Source of the DNA: Rebecca billardiae RCC1528
Taxonomy: Eukaryota > Protista > Haptophyta
DNA length: 64,000 nucleotides
Direction: 5' to 3'
NCBI GenBank assembly: GCA_965240325.2
Contig: OZ251235.1
Location: forward strand, 744,001-808,000
Both the position numbers and the translations under genes were made by a program. The notes below the pieces were generated by a model. The model made no database searches, had not been told where the DNA came from, and saw only the letters and a program-made list of their open reading frames with translations. Below, piece by piece: positions 21,251 to 32,000 of the stretch. The first letter of the stretch is position 1; each line of letters starts with the position of its first letter.

Positions 21251-23380
21251 TCATCCGGCATCCTCGTCACCGTCGCCAGATGCTCCCGTTGGCGTTGGTG
21301 CGCTGCCATCATCACCGGCAGCCGGCTCTGGCTCAGCGGCTGCTTGCGAGGTGGCATCGCCACCGACAGTGGCGGGACTCGGCTGCGGCTGCGCCGAGGC
21401 AGTGGGCTCCACCGGGTCGGCGACGGCCTGCGTCGTGTCCTGCGCCGCGTCCGCCACGACCTCGTCCTCATCGTCACTGATGCCGTCGTCGTCGTCGTCA
21501 TCGTCGTCGTCACCACCCCGGCTGCCGGGCGAGGCATGACGGCGCATCACGTCGCTCATCTCCGACTCGGGCGCGTAGATCGGCCGCAGGCTGCGCACGA
21601 CCGACTTCCACAGGAGCGTCGGGCGATGTGAGCCGGGGGCGCCGCCGGACGCCTCCGCCTCAAAGGCATCGGCCGCCATCGCGTGGCACATGCCCCACGA
21701 GACACGAGCGATCTCCCCGAGGAGCTGCGTGCGGGACCAACGCGCGTCGCCCCTGCAGCCCACACGCCGCGCGAGGAGGGCCGGGGGCGCGACAGGCGCA
21801 CTCGTCACGCGCGCGCGTGCCCCCCGGCGCGCGGGCGGTGACGGCATCGCGCCCCGTGCAACACAGGGCCGACGGCAGTCGGCGGCGGGAGCGTGGGCGC
21901 GCGGCCGCACCAGAAGACGTGGACGGCACGGTCGCCGCCGTCGCACGCGGCCGAGTCTGCGCGCGCGAGGGCGGCAACGTCAGCGAGCTCGCCCACGCGC
22001 CACACGCCTGCACGGAGGCGGGCACCACGGCACGGGGAGGGAGGCGCGGGGGGATGATTTGGCCGTTTTGCGGCGGCGAGCGCAGCGCAAGCGCATGGGC
22101 GCGCCCGAGGTTGGGACGATGACCGCAGGGCCCACGCGCGGTGCGCACTCGCGCGCGCGCACGCAAGTATGGGGGCATGCGAGGAGCGCGCGCGCACCGC
22201 CGTGTGCGCCGCAGCGGCGCGTCGCCTCGATGAGCGCGGGCGGCAGCGCCCCCTCCTCCGCGTGCAGGAGCGTCATCCCGGTCGGGTGGATCTGGTGGCA
22301 CGGCCCGCCGATGAAGTGAGTCACGACCAAACTGCATGCCTCGGGATCGGCGATGCGATCGGCTTCGGCGCCCGCGGGGGCGGGCGCGTCGCCGTCGAGT
22401 ACGCGCTCAAGGTCGTCGTCGTCCGCATCCGACTCGCCCATGCTGCTGTCCTCCTCGCCCTCGCTGTCGTCCGCCTCCTCCGCACCGCCCTCACCGCCGC
22501 CCTCGGCGCGCTCGGAGCCAGCGCGCGCGGCGCCCGTCCTCTCAGTGCCATCGCCCCCAGCGCGGTGCGGGCTCGCGCGGGCGTTGGCAGGTGCGGGCGC
22601 AGCCGCGGGCGCGGCGGCGGCGCGGCGGCGCGGCGGGCCCAGCAGCTGCATCGCGTGCAGGCGCAGCACCGCCGGCAGCCGCTCGGCCGGAATCGGCCGC
22701 GTGAGGTTGACGGCCACGATGCAGTCCTCGCCGTCGGAAGCCTCGCCCTCCTCGACCTCCGTGATGATGTACACGCCGCGGATCCAGTGGGACAGCGAGC
22801 TGGTCTGCTGGCGCAGCACGCTCGAGCGCTGCACGCTCGCCATCATCCGCGACGTGCGCGGCTCGCACACGATCAGGCAGCCCACGTCGAGCAGCGCGGC
22901 CAGCTCCGGCCCGGTGAACGATGCCATCAGCTCCCGGCGCGAGGGCGGCGGCGGGTCGAACTCCTCGCGGCACACGCTGCACACGCGCTGCCGGACGTCG
23001 TCCTCGTAGAACGCTGGGTGTGTCGGCTGCGTAACGAGCACGGAGCGCTGCCACTTGCGCAGGCAGTCACGGTGGACGTACCTCTGGCCGCCGCGGCATG
23101 CGCACGGCGCGATCAGGTCGCGCTCGTCGTCGCCGGAGAGGCAGTAGCGGCACATACGCTCGTCGTCGTGCGAGCCTTCATCGGCGTCACGACTGCGCTC
23201 CGCCTGGACCGGGGGCGGCTCCTGCTCGGCGGGCATGGCACGTCGCCGGTCCGCAGTGTGGTACGTCGACGAGGACGGCGGTCCACCTTGGGCTGCGGGC
23301 GTCGGCGTCCACGCAGCGTGCCGGCCGGAGCTGCCTGGCAAGGCCTCGACCAAGCCTCGACTGTCATTTGATTGGTCCAC
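21251..23380 (-). CDS. RING-CH (RINGv) E3 ligase fused to a YqgE/AlgH (DUF179)-like domain, 3 exons
   Basis: C4HC3 RING CRYC...PCACRGGQRYVHRDCLRKW...CSVC, then GCLIVCEP, VAVNLTRPI, FIGGPC and, after splicing, VHVFWGDARWSRTQLLGEIARVSW. Confidence 0.8.
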
Positions 23381-23560
23381 GCGCGCGCGCGAGATTGTGC
23401 TGCTCGTTCGACCCCCATAATCATCGCAGGCATACTGGCCATTTCCACCGGTTCATGCGATTACACGACCAACTTTGGGAGTTGCGCCCTCTTCCGCTCG
23501 TGCAACTCGAATCGACGCCCGCGGTCGACTGGTCGACGCGCGGCCGGCTGCGAGAGTGCG

Positions 23561-25080
23561 ATGCTCGTCCCTCTCGAGCACGTGCTCCTCCTGGCGCAGA
23601 TTATCATCGGCCTTCGCCTCATCTACAGCCTGAAGGCGTGGCTGGGCCGGTTGGAACAGGAGGCCGCTGCGCGGCTTGGTGACTACCCGAGCAAGCCTGG
23701 CAGCCGGCAATGGGTGAACGGCACGATCAACGGCGCGGGCGGGGCGGCGGACACGGAGTCGATCTCCATCGGTGATGAGTCTGCGCGCAACGACATCAAC
23801 GAGCTGGACATGGCCGGCCACCCGGGGCCCGCGCACGAGTGGCGCACGCGGCCGGTGATGCTGCGGATCGCGTCGGGCGTGCAGGAGGGCCAGCAGGTGG
23901 AGTTCAACCACCCGGACTCGGTGTTCGACGTGGAGACCGAGCTGTTCGTGGGCAAGATGTACTTCCGCCTGCGCGGCTGCGCGAACGAGCCAAAGGACTA
24001 CTTCTTCGGCAAACAGCGCCGGTTGTCGGCGGTGGTGCAGGGGCGGTTCAAGCAGCCGCTCGTGATGGGTGAGTGCTACACCGGGTACGAGTTCATGAAG
24101 CCGTTCCAGAACGTGCCCGCGCCGTTCCTGATCCGCGCGGGGCTGCACTTCATCCGCACCCTCGCGCCCACGCTCATCGAGGACATCCTCGGCGAGCACC
24201 CCTACTTCCTCAACCCGCTCTGCCAGACCATCCAGGTGCGGCCGCCCCGCACGCGGCCGGCCTGCGCCGAGCGGGCGCGCGGCGGGGCGCGGCGAGAGAG
24301 CGCGCGCGCCGGGGGAGAGCGCCGCGGCGTCACGCAGAGTGCCCCGAGGGGGCTGGTGGGTGTGGCCTTCTGGCGGGGGCGTGAGGCCAAGAGCGCGTGC
24401 GGCCTGCTCTTGGCTCATCCTGCCATCTGCCTGCCGCCCCCGCGCGCGTGCGCGTTGCGCGCGCAGGTCTTGCACGTGGCCGAGCCGGGCTCCGAGCCGC
24501 CGATCACGGAGGTGCTCGTGGAGAATAACGCAAAGCTCGGCGGCATCTTCTCCGAGAGGAAAGTAGACCGCATCAAGCGCAAGAACTACTTTGCGCACGA
24601 GAGCAACGGTGCGCGCGCCCGCGCGACGCCAGCTGCAGACGGCGTGCGCGTGCGCGCTCACCGTGCGTTGCGTGGCACCCGGCGCGCCGCTCGACGGCGT
24701 TTTTCGCGGGCAGGCGCGAAGCACTCGTTCGATCCCGACCTTGTCTACACGATGGAATTCTACGAGGACAAATTCGACCCCGCGTATTTCGACCTGATGC
24801 TCATCGGGCTGCGGTGCGCAGCGCGCCGTGCGCTCGCGCCGCCACATTGCCGGGCTGGACGGTCCGCACTGACGCGCACCGCTTGCGCTTGCGCCGCGCC
24901 CGCCGCCCATCACGCAGCCTCAATCTGTACCGCTTCCTCGGCTGCCAGCCCCTGCAGATCATGGGGAAGCACGGGCGCACGCCGCACTCGGGCGACTACC
25001 TCTTCAACGTGGAGATGTGGCACGAGTCACTCATCGGCCCGTGGACACCGCAGCGCACCGCGTCGTTCGTGTGCTTGTGA
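23561..25080 (+). CDS. DUF1769-family protein, 4 exons
   Basis: ETELFVGK...YFFGKQRRLSAVVQGRFK...GYEF..PF...PYFLNPL...RKNYF...FDPDLVYTMEFY; GT-AG introns near 24236, 24610 and 24814. Confidence 0.75.
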
Positions 25081-26494
25081 GCTCTCGAGAGGTGTCTCAC
25101 TCAGGCGTGGCTCGTGCGGCGTGCCACTACGGCGGTCTACGCGTGGCAGCGGCACTAGCCTGCCGCGAGTGGCTGCCGCAGCGTAAGCATTGCCACAGCC
25201 CCAGAGGCCAGACGGCAGTGCGCGCCTCCGACTCTTAGTCAGTCAGCCACCGCGCCCGGGGCACGGTGACGACCGCGTGACGGGCGGCGTCCGCCGCGTA
25301 CGGGCGTACGGCGACCGGCGGCGGCGGGCGCGGCGGCGCGATCGCATTTCGTCGCGGCATTATTAGTTAGTAGTCTTAGTAGTCTGATATAGAGAGAGAG
25401 ACTACGACCTCACCCTCATCCAAGTGCTCCGGAACTGGAACTAGAGACTAGAGTGCGGAAGGCGCTCCGGGCCGCACAGCCGGGCATATAGCATAAGCAG
25501 TGCCATCGCCGCCGCGTGCCCCAGCCCCAGGGCCAGGCCGAGCCCGAGGCGGTGCTCCATCCCGGCCCTGCTCCCTCAGAGGGGCAGGGTTGCGGGTGGC
25601 GCACTGCCTGCATGACCTGGTTGGAAGGCGCGGACGCATTCTATGTGTCTGCTGCACTCTGAGCCTGACGCTTGCCCGTTGTGACATATACCACGTCATT
25701 ATATATATATATATATATATATATCCGTGTGACTATAATCACTACTATAACTGATGAAAACACGATATGACTAACGAGAGAGTAACGGACACGGTTCTGA
25801 CTCAGACGCCCGACTTCATCACCCGACTTCATCACCCGCTGCCGCAGCCCCGAGGGCTGCAGAGTGCAGGCGAGGGTGCAGTGAGGGCGTGAGGCAGCCA
25901 TAAATAATGCCAAAGTTGAATGATTGATGAGCGGCTGCTAAGCGGCGAGCCTGATGCTGCGGACGGGCGCGGAGCCCTACCCGAGGTCCCGAGTAGTAGT
26001 TAGTTACTTGTGTAACGGAGTAGCTAGTTGGATGACGGAATACGGTGGCAGCGCGTACAGTCACAGACTCTCAGAACGTGAGTGACCATCTGACAGACTC
26101 TCCGTCCGAGACAGACATATTGCCTATAGCTTGACGATACGTATAATGTTCATACTGATTCACTCATACTGATAATATTCGTATGGCACTCAGACGTATC
26201 AGCAGCATTGCGATGACACGGATTATATAATAATCATTTCAAAGTTGGGCGACTCACGCCGCAGCACCGGCGCCACCAGCCGCGGCGGCCGCCTGCCACC
26301 GGGCCCCTGCCACCGCTGAATCCGCTGATCACAAAATTGTCGTCCGTACATGCACAGTGCTGGCAGCCGCCGGTGCAGCAGCGGCCAAGCACTACCGACG
26401 GCCGCACCGGGCCATGGCCTCACGCCACGATCGCTGTAGCGGCCCTGCGCCACCGTGCACCGAGCGCGTGGCGCCACGGCCGCGGCAGCGGCGC

Positions 26495-27830
26495 TCACTG
26501 CGGACTTTCGCCGTGTCCGTGCGAGGTCGACTGCGCTTGTGCCACCTTTGCGTATTGCGCGGTCGGCACGCGGGTCGTTTGTCTGTTGAGATCAGCCTGC
26601 TTCCGAGCCTCCGCGTAGTACGCGCCCCCAAGGATGGCCAAAAGGCAGCCGAGCACAGAAAATGGCGTCGCCTGCGGGCGCACACGGAGAGTCGCAGCGC
26701 ATCCTGGCACGCGTCAGACAGGCGGCCGCCGCCGCGGCAAGGGCCGGACGAGCAGCGCGCTCGGGGCAGGCGCGCGCGCGCGCGCACCACGTCGCCGAAC
26801 ATGAGGACGCCGAAGAGGATGACCGCGAACTTGTTCACATTCGTGATCACCATGAACGTGGTCGCCGCCACCATGTGCTGCAGCCGGATCCCCGCGTACG
26901 AGATCGCGAGGCCGTTGAGGCACGAGAGGACGAGGAACACCGCGCCGTTCAGCCTGAGCGAGTGGAACGCGGTGCGCCACTCGGTGTGCTCGCCCCAGAC
27001 GAAGGCGAGCACGAGGCACGGGAGCATGCCGACGGCGTTGTTCAGGAGCATCATCATCGGCTTGCTCAGGTCGACCTGCACCCCGCGCGTGCACGGCATG
27101 GGCGAGCTGTCAGCGCGCCCCACGCGCCCCACACGGCCAATGGCGCGCGCGCGGCGCGGCCTCGGCCGGCGCGGCGGCGCGCACCGGATTGTTCGCCATC
27201 AGGTGGCGCTGCATGATGCGCTCGAGGACGGCAAAGACCATGTTGACAAGGATCGCGCAGATCCCGCCGAACGAGAAGCTCAGATCGTTCGCCTCGTACA
27301 TGCACACGCCGCCCACGATCGTGAGCAGAGAGAGCCACGTGTGCGTCGACATCACAAACGGGATTCGGAACATCGACTCGATCACCATGGTGGCGATGGG
27401 CGCGACGTTGCGGCAGACGACGATCGCGCCGAGCGAGGCGAATTGCATCGCGATCATCGACGAGGCGAGCATCCCGACGAAGAGCAGAGGCACCGTCAGC
27501 CCCCACCGCTTGATGTCCTCCATCGAGCCCCAGCTGAGGAGCGACGGTGTGCACAGCAGCGACGCGACGGTGAAGGCCATCTGCACGGCAACAATCGTGA
27601 GTGGCAGCGGCAGGTTGACGACAGTGAGCTTGTTGAAAATCGACATCCCCGACGACGCCACCATGTACCCCGTGATGGTGAGGATCAAGTCTGCATTGCG
27701 CGACGCCGCGCGCGGGCGTTGTCATCATGCGGCGACGCGGCCGCGCGCGTGCGGCAGACGCCACAGCGAGCGCCGCCCGGGCGCGTGCGAGGCGGGCAAG
27801 CACACCTGTATTCCTGCGGACTTCCACCAT
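26495..27830 (-). CDS. Nucleotide-sugar (GDP-mannose-like) transporter, TPT/DMT family, 4 exons
   Basis: SSGMSIFNK, CRNVAPI, GLAISYAG...AATTFMVITNVNK and multiple TM helices; short first exon MVEVRRNT. Confidence 0.85.
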
Positions 27831-28127
27831 CTGCACACGCGTCGCTCGCGCGCTCAGCGCGCGCAGTCACGCTCCTCGATCGCCGCGCGAGCGCAGTTTG
27901 GGCTCGGCCGCAACGCCCGCTCGCCGGCCCCGCGTCTCGTCAGTTCCTTTGATCCGTCGCAAAAAAAGAGCAGGCGGAAAATCGCGATGTGAGCCTTGAA
28001 TATTGGATGAACGATGGCGGCCGGGCGCATTTTCCATGCGACGAGCTTTATTCGGGGAGCCGACGACCGCCGAGGAGGCACCGAGAGATCGCGAGGTTCT
28101 CGCGATCGGGGCACTGACTGACGGATC

Positions 28128-28800
28128 ATGCTGGCGCGGCTGGCTCTCAGGCGAGGTGTGCAGCCTCGTCGCTCGCACCACGCGAGCCCGCGCCGGCGGG
28201 GTGCCCTTCTCACGTCTCACGTCACGCGCGCACGCGCCGTGCTCCCCGCAGGTGTCTCGAGTGCGCTCGCTGGGCCTTCGCGCTCCCTGGCCACAGTGGA
28301 GGATGTGACGTGCGCGCACGGCGCCAGCGCGCATCCGCGTTGAATTGGCCCCGATCCGCCCCGGTTCGAGTCTCGCCAGCGTCGCTCACGCGCTCCCCGA
28401 GCCCTGCGCCGCGCGCTGCTTATGCACGCGCAGGGTTCGCTGCACTTTTATTAAGCCCAATGGCAAGCGCGTCACGGTGCCCGGGCGCGTGGGCTGGAGC
28501 CTGCTGAAGACAGCGCAGCACCACGACGTCGGCCTCGAGGGGTACATGGCGCACCCCTCCTGGTACGACGACTACGGCGACGGCCCCGCCACCAAGGCCG
28601 ACCACGTGATTGTCGCCAAGGAGTGGTACGGCAAAGTGAGCACGCCCGTCTTCCCAGAGGAGGCGGCGATGCTCGATACGATTCCGCACGCGACGGACAC
28701 CTCGCGGCTCGCGGCGGTAGTGAGCCTGACGAAAGAGCTCGACGGTATCACCGTCTACATCCCCCCGGGCAACGAGTCCTACGAGAGCTACAACTGGTGA
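28128..28800 (+). CDS. Mitochondrial adrenodoxin-fold protein lacking the 2Fe-2S cysteines (complex I ferredoxin-like); introns 28156-28251 and 28310-28433
   Basis: Transit peptide MLARLALRRG, then TFIKPNGKRVTV...SLL..A...LEG...HVIV...EEAAMLD...SRL...LTKELDGITV. All four ligand Cys positions are substituted. Confidence 0.8.
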
Positions 28801-29643
28801 GGAGCACTGGCGGTGCCACCGAGGCGCCGCGCTCAGACGTTGGCGACTGTGTCTCCGGCCTCCGGGCTGCGTGGTCACGAGCAACCGACTTTTGCGGGCG
28901 ATGCTCGAAAGATGCGATCGTGCGCGGACCAGCGCCACCCAGCATTCGACGGCCTCGTCGGATCGGTCTCGCAGCTGCCGGCGGGCCGCTCGTCCCGTGA
29001 TGGGGCTTGGCAGTGGGCCGCACAGCGCAGCGGACTGTTACGATTACGTCTTACGGTGAATCGTGAACGAGTCGAGCGCCGGGCCCGCGAGGCCGAGCCG
29101 TCAGCCGACTTGGCCGAAGCGGCCCGTCGTGACCTGATGACGCAGGCTTCCGAAAATTATGAATGAGTGTCACTCATACATATACATTGAGAATGTAGTC
29201 ACTGACTGATCTGCTGCTGACATAACTGATGAGTCTGCTCATAGTCATATTGATATAGCCATGCGCCCGAGACACCAGGCACCAGCCACCTGCGGTCCTG
29301 AGTCACCGGTAACCAATCGTCCTTGAGAATGGTGAATGGACGGCTGGACGCGGACGCAGTTTCACACTTCGAGTGACTGTGTGATACGTGAGTGTCACGC
29401 GGCACGTGTCCGCCGCTCCGCCGAGCCCATGCGCGTCCCGCCGGCGAGGAGGTGCCCGTGCGGGCGTGGGCAGCCGCCCTTGAGCTTGCAGGTCGCGTGC
29501 CCTTGCGCGAGCAGCCTCCAAGTCGCGCGCCCGCGCCGCCCACGACCATGATCGATCATGATGTCGCCGCCGGGCGGCGATGCCGGGCAAGTTGGGCCAT
29601 GCCAGATCCGGCACAGCCCTCTGCCGACGACCTGCGGCACAGC

Positions 29644-30525
29644 TCAGTCCTGCATCGCCTCGGCGGCCGGGGCGCCGCCCCCATCCGCCTGCCCGATCAT
29701 GTCGAGGTACGGCTGCACGGCCTCATCCTCCAGCAGCGTGAAGTCCGTGTCCGCGCTCGCAAAGCCCAGCGAGACGTTGCTGCTGCTGAGCTCCGTGCCT
29801 GAGGGCAGCGTCTCGCGCAGGGAGAGCAGCGCGTGCACGATGAGCTCGTCGAGCGGGAGGTCGGAGAAGGACTCGAACCTGCGCTCGAGGTACGTGCGCG
29901 CAGCTTGCGATCGCGCTCCTGCGCGCCAGAGCGCGCGCGCGCACCCGCGTGGGTGCGTCAGCGAGGCGTGCGCGCGCGGGTGGGACACGCGTGCCGCACT
30001 GCGCAGCCGGCAGGCGCGCGCGCGCGAGCGCGCGCGCGCACCGATGGCGAACGCGTGGTACTCCCAGAAGTTGCCGGATGGGCACGTCTGAAAGATGTGC
30101 GGCCCCGTCTGGTCGTGCCCGGCGACGAGCAGCCCCACGCCGTACGGCCTATGCCCCGCGCGCTGCGTGCCCAGCTGCGACTTGTCCGCAACCTGCGCCA
30201 CCAGCCGGCCGACTTGCAGCGGCCCGTCGTACATGTAGCGGTAGTTCATGCACTCGGAGCGCATGTACTTGGCCAAGACGCGCCCATCGGGCACGAGCCC
30301 CGCGATCGCGATCCCCATGTGGTCGTCGAGCTTGAAGATCTTCTTCTGGTACGACGAGAGCTCATTGGACGACTTCTTGATCGACGCGATCAGCGCGTGC
30401 GTCTTCGAGCGGAGCCCGACGGCGGCGCTGCCCTGCTTGACGGCTTCCATCGCGTACTCGATCTGGTGGATGCGCCCCGCGGGCGACCACGTGATGCAAT
30501 CTGTGTCGTACTGGTTGCGGAACAT
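29644..30525 (-). CDS. PSMA1: 20S proteasome subunit alpha-6 (alpha type-1); intron 29919-30041
   Basis: [37 protein letters not shown]...[11 protein letters not shown]...[13 protein letters not shown]. Confidence 0.97.
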   Translation of the reverse strand: MFRNQYDTDCITWSPAGRIHQIEYAMEAVKQGSAAVGLRSKTHALIASIKKSSNELSSYQKKIFKLDDHMGIAIAGLVPDGRVLAKYMRSECMNYRYMYDGPLQVGRLVAQVADKSQLGTQRAGHRPYGVGLLVAGHDQTGPHIFQTCPSGNFWEYHAFAIGARARSRARACRLRSAARVSHPRAHASLTHPRGCARALWRAGARSQAARTYLERRFESFSDLPLDELIVHALLSLRETLPSGTELSSSNVSLGFASADTDFTLLEDEAVQPYLDMIGQADGGGAPAAEAMQD

Positions 30526-30768
30526 GGCGGCTGCCTGCGCGCGCTGTCTCGCACGAGCAGCGGCGGCGCGCGGCTGGCGAGCGAGCGCCTTGTGCTCCGG
30601 TCCTGCAGCAGCAGGACTTTCGATCATTGTTTTTCGTCTGAGGCGCAGAAAAAGACGAAGGCTGATTGACCGGAGAAATAAATGCTGGGAACTTCGCAAG
30701 ATGGCGCCAGCCAATCAGCCATGCGAGTTGCGACTACGCGTATCCATTACGCGTAGACGGCGTAGTCG

Positions 30769-31500
30769 CATGGCTGACGCTTGCTGCGTGGCAAGGCGTG
30801 GCGCGGATTCTGCCGCCCGTCGCACGCAGGTGGACCGAAGGTGCACTGCTCGACCCGACCGGCCGCTCGCCCGTCTACTTGCTGCGCAATTGCGAGGCGG
30901 CCGCCTTCCTCCGCACGCGACCAGCTCCAGGCAGCCCAGCGGCGGCGGCTTGGCGTCCGTGGCGTGCGTATGTGGCTGCGCTGTACCGCCGCGAGGCCGT
31001 GGGTGTCGTCGACATGCGCGCGTTTTGCGTCTTCTTCGGCCTCGCACTCGCCTGGCCGCCTGCGAAGATCGCCCGCCGCCGGCACCGATCACATGCGGCA
31101 CGTACAAGCTGACGGCCAAGCGGCACACTCCCAAAGTCACGCACCTGCGCCGTGCTCCTGCGCACGGCGGAGCCGCCACCGCCTCTGCGTGCGGCCGCGG
31201 CGCCGCTCCTCTGGCCGCGAGTGCCCTTCCTCGAGGTGTCCCGCGAGCGCGTGCGCGCCTTCCTCGAGGGCATCGGCTTTGGCTGCTGGCTCGACCCGCC
31301 ACCGGGCAGCGGAGTGTTCATGAACGTACGAAAAGCGAAGGCGGGCTTGACTTGCGCCTCACGCACTCGGCTTTTGGGTGGTGCGCTCGCGACGTCGGCG
31401 TTGTCGGGGCGGTCGAGCCGGCTGGCACAGGGAGGCCGTCGAAGTCGACGAGCGTTCTCTCGCGCGACGCGGCCACGGGCGTTCGGATGGTCCAGCCAGC
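30769..31500 (+). pseudogene. Disrupted or spliced hypothetical gene
   Basis: Protein-like segments WRPWRAYVAALY...FCVFF and FLEVSR...EGIGFGCWLDPPPGSGVFMNVRK are separated by a stop codon; no clean gene model. Confidence 0.3.
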
Positions 31501-32000
31501 ACTCGAGTGACTCGTCCCAGCGCTGCGGCGTCAGCGTGTCGTGCGCCTCGTGGCTGTCGACTCGTGCGGTCCGCGTCGGCAGCGGCCGGCTCTGTCACAG
31601 GGACATGCACTGCTCCATGATCGTCCAGCTACTGCTAGTATACTCTAGTAGTAGCATGTACGTATCACATCTGACTATATGTAGTCTAGCAGTCGTCGTA
31701 GTCGTCGAGCCTAGCTGAGTGATGACGACTGACGACCCGCGTGCCGTGGGCTGCACTACAAATAATCCCGCACTCAGACTGGATGAGTGGTCGCGGGCTG
31801 CAAGCCGGCTGGACGATCGGGGACTGAGCGCGCGCTCGATCGTGCCCGCACCGGCGCTCAGAGCCCCACGGCTTCGCGCGTGCACATGCAAGTTCCCCAT
31901 GCGTATCCCCCCCTGCCCCCCCCTCCCTCCGCCTCGTGGCCGCCGGCTGCACGGCCGCGAGGCGAGATGCGCCGCCTGCGGCACCCGCCCCGCGCCGCCC

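Noticed and set aside
25449-25661. Possible hAT-like MITE (tagagtgcgg ... ctgcactctg)
   Set aside because: Only an 8/10 inverted match and no TSD.
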